The notes: generated by a model from the letters alone, not told the origin. Positions 1-11,216 are shown, counted from the first letter of the stretch. The stretch: 64,000 bases of DNA from Macrostomum hystrix (GCA_950097015.1 CATNEN010000001.1:2542001-2606000), one strand, 5' to 3'. Numbers and translations: made by a program.

Positions 1-814
1 GTCTAACTTTATACTATATTTTCAGTTTAGCAGAAAACTAAAGCGTTTGCTGTTTTGTTAATAAATGAGCATCATAAAGCATATTTTTATTATATTTTAG
101 TTAATTCCAGACGCACATGTGAATGTATAGCTATTGTTTTTGTATTGTAGCTTTTATATTTGTACAATGTAGCAAAAATTAGTGATTTATTTATGGACCA
201 ATATAGAGGAGTGTGCACATCTTAGATAGTTTACATGTACGGTTTAAATAATTATCTCGCTTTTCGTGTTGCTTTTAGTAGCTAGTGTAGCTAGTAAGCC
301 TTGGCCATTTACCTTTCAGGGGGCTACTGCATGGAAAAAGAAGCAAAAATATCATTCTCGTTTGTGTATGTACTGCACTAAAGAACGCGATCCAAAGGCA
401 TGCATGTGTAAACATGAGTAATATGCCATATTTCAAATAGACAGTTTTCGGAGTGCATTCTTTTAAAAGGTATTCTCTAGCCTCCCGCAAAAATGCAAAT
501 TGAATACAACCGAGCATCATTAACGCGCTATAAATCTGAAAACGTTTCTTCTCCGCTGCCGAACAATAATGCACAAACTTCACCCTCCATCGGTGGACTA
601 GACATATATATGAATATAGTCTTGAAATGCTGAATGTATTCAACTTTTATCATGGTTCAAAACTGCAGCCCTAAGACCCCATTGATGGGGTTATTTACGA
701 GTAGAAGTGTATATATAAGACAGGACTGTGCGCGATGGCATTAAAGTTGATTAAACAAAACAAAAAACTACCAGTCAGCTCAAAGATAATTTATTCTCAA
801 GCTTATCACAAGCT

Positions 815-2169
815 ATGCGTACAGTATTTCTGAGGCTGATTATCGTCTATTCGATAATAGGCGCGGCTGTTCATTTTACAGGTCTGTGTACTAGTATTAG
901 CAAGATATTTTGTAGACTACTAGTACAGTACGAAGTGAAATGTAGCCTACGTCACTAATCCCCATACTTGTAACTCGATATTCGACCGCATGTTTTCACA
1001 GCCGCAAATTCCGACTGTCGTTCGAAGCACGACCGAGCTGTTAAATATCTGCAGCGAATTGGCATCAGTCTGAAGACACAAATGACGGAGGCCTACGGTT
1101 GTTCAACCAATCCTGACGGCTGCGTTTCTCTTGACAACATTCGATGCAACACACTCAATGGTTTGGCTTCGTTTAAACAGGCCAGCGGTTGTCCTGCTGT
1201 AGTCATTGTTGGCGGAACTGAACAGGTGATAATGAATTCTAGAACTTAAAACTGACTGCTCCAAATATGATATTTATAAACTATATTAGTCGCAGAGAAC
1301 ATTAACTCGTAGATCAGAGTGAACACGGCTGGTAGATCAGAGTGAACATGTTTGGTAGATCAGCCTGAGACGGAGTAAAACATGTATGATTGATTATCAT
1401 GTATCATGTAGGTATCATGTAGGTGTGATTAATAGCAGGTGTGACAGACAGCAGGTGTGACAGATAGCAGGTGTGACAGATGAAATGCGTGACAGATGAA
1501 ATGCGTGACAGATGAAATGCGTGACAGATGAAATGCGTGACAGATGAAATGCGTGACAGATGAAAGGCGTGACAGATGAAATGCGTGACAGATGAAATGC
1601 ATGACAGATGAAATGCGTGACAGATAAAATGCGTGACAGATGAAATGCGTGACAGATGAAATGCGTGACAGATGAAATGCGTGACAGATGAAATGCGTGA
1701 CAGATGAAATGCGTGACAGATGAAATGCGTGACAGATGAAATGCGTGACAGATGAAATGCGTGACAGATAGCAGGATTGACAGATAGCAGGTGTGACAAA
1801 AGCAGGTGTGAAAGATAGCAGGTGTGACAGATAGCAGGTGTGACAGTTAGCAGGTGTGACAGATAAAACAGGTGTGACAGATAAAAACAGGTGTGACAGA
1901 TAAGAGGTGGGACAGATAGCAGGTGTGACAGATAATAGGTGCGACAGATGGCAGGTGTGAAAAGCTGACTAATTCATGAAAGCGAATTTATCCATTCGCA
2001 GGGCAAGGTCGGCAGCGCAGGTCACACACTAAGAATAGGCAATACTCCCTGCATTTCTGCCTTCGTTCGATCGAATTTTTATCCCAAAGGCGCAGCTTAT
2101 GTTGACGGCTCGGGAAACAGGTATACACCTTTGACGACGGCAGGCCATTGGGACGTGTACTATCTGTAA
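815..2169 (+). CDS. Secreted LAS/Hedgehog-DD-peptidase-like protein, paralog 1 (152 aa; catalytically degenerate)
   Basis: Manual splicing of exons 815-881, 1002-1225 and 2002-2169 (GT-AG introns, phases 1 and 0) gives MRTVFLRLIIVYSIIGAAVHFT-AANSDCRSKHDRAVKYLQRIGISL...GCVSLDNIRCNTLNGLASFKQASGCPAVVIVGGTEQ|GKVGSAGHTLRIGNTPCISAFVRSNF...GSGNRY...GHWDVYYL*. Hydrophobic N-terminus; clearly paralogous to the genes at 2913-5271 and 7934-10126; AATAAA near 2238. Absent from the ORF track. Confidence 0.85.
1430..1960. repeat. 16-bp minisatellite (GCGTGACAGATGAAAT)n in intron 2 of paralog 1
   Basis: Direct tandem copies with degenerate flanks. Confidence 0.95.
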
Positions 2170-2912
2170 TCGCCACTTCATTGAATACCAGAACGACAAC
2201 TATTAGTAACACTAAATTTATTCCTATTTTAAGCTATAATAAATCATAAAAACATTTTAAACAAAAAAAAACCGAATTCATCTGTATTGAACACATTTCT
2301 GTTGGTAATCAAGACGTCTAAAATTTCTTGTTCCGACGAAAAAGTCGGAACACAGCGGGTGCAGCGAACGAGAACTTATCCTACTGCCCTAGAAGTGGGC
2401 AACGAACGGAGTATATTTATAAAAATTGATTAACGAATATCAGGAATATCAGGGGGCTAAAACAGGAAACAAACTCAAGACAATCAGGGCGAGTGGGCAG
2501 GCGAGGACAGCACAGCGCGCGGGGCTATAAGGGGGCCACTCACGGCCACCCCCCGACCAAAGCCGAAGCGCACCCACCCCACAGCCAGAGCACAAACAAC
2601 CCCCGGCACCCGCTAACAGCGATTGGCCAGCCAATCTACACTTTTAATGTGAAAAACGTGAAAAGTATCTACCTCGCTGGTACAATTTTGTGTGAAAATC
2701 TGCCTTTAATAAAATTTCCAAGAAACAAAGTGTCCCGTTCTTCTTATTCTAATTTTTAAATAATTTCTAAAATTGTGCATGTTTGACAGTTCTGAAAAAG
2801 CATTTTTTTAATCTAAAAAGAACAGCAAACAAATGCTACATAGTGATTGAAGGTATATTATTTTAGTGAAGCAAGTCGTTAACAAACACGGATTCTCAGG
2901 CAGCTTCACTGA

Positions 2913-5271
2913 TCATGGAAACTTGATATCCCAGTGATCCCCCTCTTTGGCGTACACATTGCCCTGCGAATCCTTGTAGAGTATGGCGCCGTCGTTTCTA
3001 GGCTTGTCTTGTCTAGAAAAATTATTCTCGATGTACCGCGTGACTTCCGGAGACAGTGCAATGTCAAGTTTGTAGCCATTTACGTGAGACTGAGAGACCC
3101 CAGGCTTGCCAGGCTTGTGACCGTTGCCCTGAAATGTACAAAAATCACATGTTTTACTGAAATGTCACCTGTTAGATTGAGCCACTTGGACTTCAATTCT
3201 CGCTAATATTAATAATAATACTCGCAGGAGACCTGCGGCCAGCAAGGAGGCATTTCTGTCCATTCCGCTGAGTCCTGAGAACACACACACCTGACTTTCT
3301 CATCGTCAGGCAGTGTACACTCTCACTGTGCCTTGGAGGTTGGCCCTCAAGGGCGCAAAGTGCACGACAAGCCTCCAAGCATTCTCTCCGCGGCTGCGCC
3401 CCAAATGAATGTGGCCTTGCCGCGGAATCGAGCTCAGGGACCTCGGTGCGAGAGGCAAACGTATAAGAGCGCTCTGTCAGCCATCAATCCACTAAAAACA
3501 AATTCTCGCTGGATTCGAAACTGATATTTTGTTTTGTTTTCTTGTTTCTCGCAAACCAAGGAAAGCTCTTCTCACCGATTCAGTTCCACCAGTGACTCGG
3601 ACGTCGCAGTTGCAAGCGCGTTGAAAGTCGATGATTTTTTGAACTGTATTCAATCTGACGCCCTCAAGATTTGTGCACCCTCTGTCGTTGCAACCAAATT
3701 TATTTCCCGAAGCGGAGACTTTAATGCCTGCGTCTTTCAAAATTTGTGTCGCCTCTCCGTGGCCCAGTCTCGAGCCAGATGCACTTGGTCTATTGGAGCC
3801 CTGATTAAGATTGACTGGCTGGCTCGGCCTTGGTTTTGGCTGCTGATCGCTCACTCCAGGACTCACTGGCTTAATCTGACTAACTGGTTTATTGGGGCGA
3901 CGAAACGGGCGTCTGATCTTTCGAGCTGGTCCGTAGGTGCGTCGAATTCCTCGCCGAATCTGCCGACCTCGCCAGTTATTCTGTCGAATTCCTCGCCTGA
4001 TCTGCCAACCTCGCCAGTTATTCTGTCGAATTCCTCGCCGAATCTGCCGACCTCGCCAGTTATTCTGTCGAATTCCTCGCCTGATCTGCCGACCTCGCCA
4101 GTTATTCTGTCGAATTCCTCGCCTGATCTGCCGACCTCGCCAGTTATTCTGTCGAATTCCTCGCCTGATCTGCCGACCTCGCCAGTTATTCTGTCGAATT
4201 CCTCGCCGAATCTGCCGACCTCGCCAGTTATTCTGTCGAATTCCTCGCCTGATCTGCCGACCTCGCCAGTTATTCTGTCGAATTCCTCGCCTGATCTGCC
4301 GACCTCGCCAGTTATTCTGTCGAATTCCTCGCCTGATCTGCCGACCTCGCCAGTTATTCTGTCGAATTCCTCGCCTGATCTGCCGACCTCGCCAGTTATT
4401 CTGTCGAATTCCTCGCCGAATCTGCCTACCTGGCCAGTTAAAGACTCCGCGCCTAGCTGCGTGTCGCACAACGTACCTGGACGATCTCGATGGGACGTAG
4501 ATCCTAGAAGGACGCCAATAGCTCCTTCGACTGGACCGCTCGTTGAATTCTAGATTTTCCTGCAGGAACGAGTATTATAGTTAATAATGCACCGCGTGAA
4601 CTAGACTAGATGTCTAGCATTTCATTTGCATAGGACTACTATAGCCTGTTATGGAGGCAGTCGAAGAGGACATGTGTCCCGACTTTTCCAAGTACAGGAA
4701 CTTTCACTTCGCGTCGATTTGCCTCAAAATAATTAATTTGCCTAGAACAGAAAGCGTGAAAAAAAATTAATCGCAAAAGGCTATGGCACATCACTTGGTG
4801 ACACTAGACCCGCAGCCAGCGAGGAGGCAATGCTGACCGTTTCGCTGACTCCTGAGCACACACGCACACAGATACTCAACACAGGAACACGCTCACATAG
4901 GTGTGTACACCCACCTTGACATTCTCATCGTACAGGCAGTGTACACTCTCACTGTGCCTTGGAGGTCGGCCCTCAAGGGCGAAAATTGCACGACAAGCCC
5001 CGAGCCTGCTCTCCGCGGCTGCTGAAATTTACCGTTCTATAATACACAGGCAAACTGCAACCAGTTGAAACCTGATACTATTATCACTTACGTCGACATC
5101 GTCATTGTGCTCAACGGAGTGCTCATATTCGTCTAGGCCGATATCGTCGGAGTCCGACAACAGCGGGTCCTCATCTGGCAGCTCAAGATTTTTCAAGTGA
5201 TTTGAGTCTGCTGTAGCAGCAATGACAGCTGCCAGAAAGCACAGGCAGGCAAGTTGAGTCCGTAGTCTCAT
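2913..5271 (-). CDS. Secreted LAS/Hedgehog-DD-peptidase-like protein, paralog 2, with acidic propeptide and Arg/Trp-rich tandem repeats (459 aa)
   Basis: Exons 5271-5092 (signal peptide plus acidic segment; donor GTAAGT), 4559-3576 (ENLEFNERSSRR..., (RQIRRGIRQNNWRG)x~12, ...GCNDRGCTNLEGVRLNTVQKIIDFQRACNCDVRVTGGTES; donor GTGAGA) and 3128-2913 (GNGHKPGKPGVSQSHVNGYKLDIALSPEVTRYIENNF...DGAILYKDSQGNVYAKEGDHWDIKFP*). Both introns are phase 0 and the frame is intact. Confidence 0.9.
3205..3487 (-). mobile_element. tRNA-derived SINE family A copy (intron 2 of paralog 2)
   Basis: Similar to 16786-17118: CAGTGTACAC/GACGATGAGAAAGTC core, B-box GTTCGATTC-like motif, (TTA)n tail. Confidence 0.8.
3941..4440 (-). 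repeat. Coding 42-bp tandem repeat (~12 copies) encoding RQIRRGIRQNNWRG
   Basis: Lies inside exon 2 of paralog 2. The unit variants (ATT CGG vs ATC AGG) are synonymous in this frame. Confidence 0.92.
4783..5022 (-). mobile_element. SINE family A, 5'-truncated (intron 1 of paralog 2)
   Basis: Shares CACTAGACCCGCAGCCAGCGAGGAGGCAA and CAGTGTACACTCTCACTGTGCCTTGGAGG with the other copies. Confidence 0.8.
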
Positions 5272-5789
5272 GTTTTTTTAGAAATTTTTGAAAAATGTAT
5301 TTTTTTAAAGCGACAGAGTTTTAAGCAAAAAGCTTGGATCAGTCGAATGAGTTTATATCTTGTTAAAGACACTGGCATTGCTAAAAGGATCCAGGAAATG
5401 GTCTATTCGCATAGAACCTGGATGTGTGGAGTATAGCATATCCTTATAGTCGGAAATGAATCCACTGCAATAGCCCAATTCATCAGGTACAAAAGACAGG
5501 TGGTTTAGTAATTATCTTTGTGCAAACCCACACAAGTGCCACCCACGAGTTGAAACAATTTGAGGAAACGATAGCTCGTATATATTATTATTAATTGACA
5601 TGGCTGCCATACTCAAAAGTAAATCCGGGTTTTTTGTACGAGATTAAATCAGAATAAAAAAAACAAGGCTAAATCAGTTCGGTTGGTTTGTAACTTTTCG
5701 AATTCGCTTCGTAATAGTTATTATCCGATCGACAAGTTTTGAATTCATGCTAATTAATAAACATAGTGCAACAAATAAGACTACATCTA

Positions 5790-7790
5790 AAGAATCGAAG
5801 AATCCTACGAATCGAAGAATCGGACGAATCGAAGAATCGGACGAATGAAAGAATCGGACGAATGAAAGAATCGGACGAATCCAAGAATCGGTCGAATGAA
5901 AGAATCGGACGAATCCAAGAATCGGTCGAATGAAAGAATCGGACGAATCAAAGAATCGGACGAATCGAAGAATCGGACGAATGAAAGAATCGGACGAATG
6001 AAAGAATCGGACGAATGAAAGAATCGGACGAATCCAAAAATCGGTCGAATGAAAGAATCGGACGAATCCAAGAATCGGACGAATCCAAGAATCGGTCGAA
6101 TGAAAGAATCGGACGAATCCAAGAATCGGTCGAATGAAAGAATCGGACGAATCCAAGAATCGGACGAATGAAAGAATCGGTCGAACAAAAGAATCGGACG
6201 AATGAAAGAATCGGTCGAACAAAAGAATCGGACGAATGAAAGAATCGGTCGAACAAAAGAATCGGACGAATGAAAGAATCGGTCGAAACCAAGAATCGGT
6301 CGAATGAAAGAATCGGACGAATCAAAGAATCAGTCCAATGAAAGAATCGGATGAATGAAAGAATCAGACGAATCCAAGAATCGGACGAATGAAAGAATCG
6401 GTCGAAACCAAGAATCGGTCGAATGAAAGAATCGGACGAATCAAAGAATCAGTCCAATGAAAGAATCGGATGAATGAAAGAATCGGACGAATGAAAGAAT
6501 CGGACGAATCCAAGAATCAGTCCAATGAAAGAATCGGTCGAATGAAAGAATCGGACGAATGAAAGAATCGGACGAATGAAAGAATCGGTCGAACAAAAGA
6601 ATCGGACGAATGAAAGAATCGGTCGAAACCAAGAATCGGTCGAATGAAAGAATCGGACGAATCAAAGAATCAGTCCAATGAAAGAATCGGACGAATGAAA
6701 GAATCGGACGAATCCAAGAATCGGTCGAATGAAAGAATCGGACGAATCCAAGAATCGGACGAATGAAAGAATCGGTCGAACAAAAGAATCGGACGAATGA
6801 AAGAATCGGTCGAACAAAAGAATCGGACGAATGAAAGAATCGGACGAATGAAAGAATCGGACGAATCCAAGAATCGGTCGAACAAAAGAATCGGACGAAT
6901 CCAAGAATCGGACGAATGAAAGAATCGGTCGAACAAAAGAATCGGACGAATGAAAGAATCGGTCGAACAAAAGAATCGGACGAATGAAAGAATCGGTCGA
7001 ACAAAAGAATCGGACGAATGAAAGAATCGGTCGAAACCAAGAATCGGTCGAATGAAAGAATCGGACGAATCAAAGAATCAGTCCAATGAAAGAATCGGAT
7101 GAATGAAAGAATCAGACGAATCCAAGAATCGGACGAATGAAAGAATCGGACGAATCCAAGAATCAGTCCAATGAAAGAATCGGTCGAATGAAAGAATCGG
7201 ACGAATGAAAGAATCGGACGAATGAAAGAATCGGACGAATGAAAGAATCGGTCGAACAAAAGAATCGGACGAATGAAAGAATCGGTCGAAACCAAGAATC
7301 GGTCGAATGAAAGAATCGGACGAATCAAAGAATCAGTCCAATGAAAGAATCGGACGAATGAAAGAATCGGACGAATGAAAGAATCGGACGAATGAAAGAA
7401 TCGGACGAATGAAAGAATCGGTCGAATCCAAAAATCGGACGAATCCAAGAATCGGAAGAACCCAAGAATCGGTCGAATGAAAGAATCGGACGAATGAATG
7501 AATCGGACGAACGAAAGAATCGGATGAATGAAAGAATCAGACGAATCCAAGAATCGGACGAATGAAAGAATCGGACGAATCCAAGAATCAGTCCAATGAA
7601 AGAATCGGTCGAATGAAAGAATCAGACGAATGAAAGAATCGGACGAATGAAAGAATCGGACGAATGAAAGAATCGGTCGAATCCAAGAATCGGACGAATC
7701 CAAGAATCGGAAGAACCCAAGAATCGGTCGAATGAAAGAATCGGACGAAGGAAAGAATCGGACGAATGAAAGAACTGGAAGAATCCAAGA
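5790..7790. repeat. 17-bp minisatellite (GAATCGGACGAATGAAA)n
   Basis: About 2 kb of tandem variants; explains all minus-strand FVRFFHSSDS ORFs. Confidence 0.95.
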
Positions 7791-7933
7791 ATTTGACTAA
7801 TCGAAATAAAACTGGTAAAATTACAGTAATCAGAGAAGGCAGCAACTGACAAATCTGATGAAGGGATTAAAGTTTTCCTGTTTTAAATAGTTGATTCTCA
7901 GAATTGTTACTTTCTGTTCTGCTTAAGTTGAAA

Positions 7934-10126
7934 TTACTTGAAGTAAACAATGTCCCAATGGTTGCTCTCCAACGCGTAAACATTTCCACGACCGTCGATG
8001 AACATGTCAGCACCGTCGGAGCGCTTGCCACCGTAGCGGAAGTTGGCTTTGATGTAGTTGGTGATGCAATTTGTGAGGCCAATGTCGAGCTTGTAGCCAT
8101 TGTAGTGGCTGAAGGTACCACTAGCGTGACCCTGGAAGAATGGAGCATTCGCGCATTGTAGGAATGAGAACGAGATAGGACCGACGAAAATAGACTGTTA
8201 CAGACACCCAGCTGTAGAGCTGTTCAGTCAATGGACTCCAGGGGCCGCTACAACCATCTAAACTCTTAACCCTGATTATGCTACCACCAGTTCTCAGCAG
8301 TATCAACTGTCGCACTAGGGAAATTGTGTCGTATTAATACTAGTAATATTAATAGCAGGAAGGCGGTGGGGACTGGCACATCGTTTGGTGGACAGATCCT
8401 AGACCCGCAGCCAGTGACGAGCTAGTTCTGTCCATTCGGCTGACTCCTGAGCACACACGCTCACACATTTGCCATTTTTCATCGTCAGGCAGTGTACACT
8501 CGCACTGTGCCTTGGAGGTTGGCCCTCAAGGCCGTAAATTTCACGACAAGTCCCCAGGCCTTCTCTCTGCGGCTGCGCCCCAATTTAATGTGGCCTCGCG
8601 GCGGAATCGAGCTCAGGGACCTCGGTGCGAGAGGCAAATGCGTTAGCCGCACTGCCACCGACCCCCCTTAAGGTAGTAGGGAATTAAGTGTCTTAATAAT
8701 AATAATAGTGTCTGCAGGGGGGGCTTTCAGCAACGACACATAATTTTGTGACCCGCAGCCATCGAGGAGGCAATTCCGCCCATTCCGCTGGCTCCTGAGC
8801 ACACACGCACGCATAGCTGTGTACATCTGCCCTACGACGTCAGCAACGTTGAGATTATTTAGTGATTTTTGTCGGAAGACCCTGGTGACAAAAACAACTA
8901 AACTAATATTGCAAGGTAAAAACCTAGCAGGAAGTTCCCCAATGACACACAGAACAGACCTTCTCAGTGCCGCCAGTGATGACAACGCCGGCGCAGCCGG
9001 AGGCCCTCTTAAACGCGATGATGCCCAGCACAGTGTCGCATCGCACCTGCTCTAGCGAGGTGCAGCCGACATCGCGGCAGCCGATGCGACCGGTGGACGA
9101 TCGAATGCCGATGCCAGCAGCCGAGCACATGGCCCAAGCCGCCGCGTGGCTGAGCTTGCTGCCCGGTGTGCAGTCATCGGACTGGGCACCCAGACGCGAC
9201 GCTCGGAATAGCTCGAATAGGGGTAGGCTGCTGCTCCGCTGACGCGCAACGGTATCGAAGCCGAATCTGTCTGACAGGTGCGCAGTGCGATACTGGGATA
9301 GAGTATGTCTAAGATGTCTGTAGAACGTGTCTAATAGGTCTATTGAACTTTCTAACAAGTTTATAGTGTGTCTCTAACCATTTTTAATGTGTCCAATAGA
9401 TTCAATAGGATCTGTCTAATAGATCTTGGATTTGTTCAATAAATATAGGATGTGTCCGATAGATCTTGGATATGTCCAATAGATCTAAGATATGTCCAAT
9501 AGATCTTGGATGCGTCCAATAGATCTTAGATGTGTCCAATAGATCTAGAATGTGTCCAATAGATCTAGAATGTGTCCAATAGATCTAGAATGTGTCCAAT
9601 AGATCTAGAATGTGTCCAATAGATCTAGAATGTGTCCAATAGATCTAGAATGTGTCCAATAGATCTAGAATGTGTCCAATAGATCTAGAATGTCTCCAAT
9701 AGATCTAGAATGTGTCCAATAGATCTAGAATGTCTCCAATAGATCTAGAATGTGTCCAATAGATCTAGAATGTCTCCAATAGATCTAGAATGTGTCCAAT
9801 AGATCTAGAATGTGTCCAATAGATCTAGAATGTGTCCAATAGATCTAGAATGTGTACAATAGATCTAGAATGTGTCCAATGATCTTGGATTCGTTCAGTA
9901 GATCTTAGATGTGTCCAATAGATCTAGAATGTGTCCAATAGATCTAGTATCTGTCAAATAGATCCGGGATGCGTCTAACCTCATGTGTGAAAGGTGTGCC
10001 TAAGGTACTGATGCTAGCTAATTAGCCCAAATCATTGAACTCACTTAGGTAACTCGCTGCCACAGACTTGCACTGGGCATGAACAATTAGAGCGCAGAAG
10101 AGAGTCAGCAGGAAAATGGAATTCAT
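7934..10126 (-). CDS. Secreted LAS/Hedgehog-DD-peptidase-like protein, paralog 3 (196 aa; all putative Zn ligands present)
   Basis: Exons 10126-10045 (MNSIFLLTLFCALIVHAQCKSVAASYL; donor GTGAGT), 9270-8960 (...KLSHAAAWAMCSAAGIGIRSSTGRIGCRDVGCTSLEQVRCDTVLGIIAFKRASGCAGVVITGGTEK) and 8131-7934 (GHASGTFSHYNGYKLDIGLTNCITNYIKANFRYGGKRSDGADMFIDGRGNVYALESNHWDIVYFK*). Intron phases 1 and 0 give an intact frame. Confidence 0.9.
8340..8667 (-). mobile_element. SINE family A, near full length (intron 2 of paralog 3); a second partial copy at ~8695-8830
   Basis: Reverse complement begins GGGGGGTCGGTGGCAGTGCGGCTAACG (A-box-like), contains GCTCGATTCC (B-box-like) and has an AT-rich tail. Confidence 0.85.
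9420..9960. repeat. 20-bp minisatellite (AGATCTAGAATGTGTCCAAT)n in intron 1 of paralog 3
   Basis: Direct tandem copies. Confidence 0.95.
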
Positions 10127-10766
10127 TTTTGCTTTGCAATATGGTCTAGCTGTCTTCTTTACCTGTTGGACTAACATATCTTAGTGGTGTGATTTACACT
10201 TTCCATTGCCTTATATTAATATAGCAAGCCATGAATTTATAAGACATAAACAATTTGCGAATTAAACTGTAATACGCGCGTAAACTGCTTCAGTAGCCCG
10301 TGTGAACAGTTTTTATTATCGATTTTCTGTACGCTTGTTTGTTACACCTACTTAGCAGAGTCTGTTGAGCAGTTTCCTCTGCAGTTATTATTCGATACCT
10401 GAGTAGCTAGCAGCATTTGAGACTATTCTAGCCATATCAGTTGCAGTGTGTTTGTGGTTGCCTTATTTGGTCTTGTCTAATTCCATGTTTAGTGTTGCTT
10501 ATCACCCAAAACTAGCCTTAGATAAATACAGCGGAACCATTCAAACTCCACCGCTTGCAGGTAATAAAATATTCTCATATAGATAAAACAGTCACCTTTG
10601 ATTGTGTGCGCGCTTGTCAGTTACACACCGAGCATTTGAAGACAAGATTTCAATTTGTTCACCATCTGTTGAAACGGTGAGTTAAACACCCATTGTGACA
10701 GTCTAATTTTCAATCGATTTCATTTTTTTTACCATTTTATCCAATTTTTTTACAGACACTTTTGCT

Positions 10767-11216
10767 ATGTCGCCGATCAAACAGCTAGTCACTCTGTTGC
10801 TTCTAGTAGGCATTTTAAGCAGCATATGCCACTGCCTCGTGGTTGCTGGCGCCACCGCAGACGAAGACTATCTAGAAGATCTGGTCCGCAGACAATTCTC
10901 GCTGAGTCCGGGCTTCCCAGCCATCGGAAAACGATCAGATGTAAGTTCTGGCGCTGGTCAGACCCAGAAGGGATCAAGCGGCAGCGGTGGCGGCGAAAGC
11001 AGCAGCAGCAGCAGCAGCAGCGGCGGCGGCGGCGGCTGTGTCAGTAAACAAGAGTTTCTACAGCTCAGACGCACGGTGGCCGCCATATACCTGAAGATGT
11101 TGGAGGCCAATGTAGCGGAAACTCGGAGGAATCGGCTACAGCGCAAATTGATGCTGCTTCAGCAGCAACTTCAACAGCAGCAGCAGCAGCAGCCGGTTTC
11201 TGGCGCATTGCCATGA
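10767..11216 (+). CDS. Neuropeptide precursor; predicted pQFSLSPGFPAI-amide (GnRH/AKH-superfamily-like)
   Basis: Signal peptide, acidic spacer, RR-QFSLSPGFPAI-GKR (10893-10934), Gly/Ser linker and a Cys-led helical C-terminal peptide. Acceptor TTTTTTACAG lies just upstream of the ATG and AATAAA follows the stop. Confidence 0.8.
   Translation: MSPIKQLVTLLLLVGILSSICHCLVVAGATADEDYLEDLVRRQFSLSPGFPAIGKRSDVSSGAGQTQKGSSGSGGGESSSSSSSSGGGGGCVSKQEFLQLRRTVAAIYLKMLEANVAETRRNRLQRKLMLLQQQLQQQQQQQPVSGALP

Noticed and set aside
275-643. 122-aa minus-strand ORF
   Set aside because: Non-ATG start, AT-rich, no recognisable motif or splice partners.
2450-2640. GC-rich island between paralogs 1 and 2
   Set aside because: Probably a repeat fragment, but no second copy or terminal structure was found in the window.
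3534-4553. Plus-strand mucin-like SNSSPDLPTSPVIL ORF and other frames over the 42-bp repeat
   Set aside because: Shadow frames. Only the minus Arg-rich frame links to a signal-peptide exon and the conserved domain and shows synonymous variation.
5674-7852. Repetitive ORFs or a CRISPR-like array
   Set aside because: Pure 17-bp tandem repeat with no unique spacers; eukaryotic context and no cas genes. The same applies to the other arrays.
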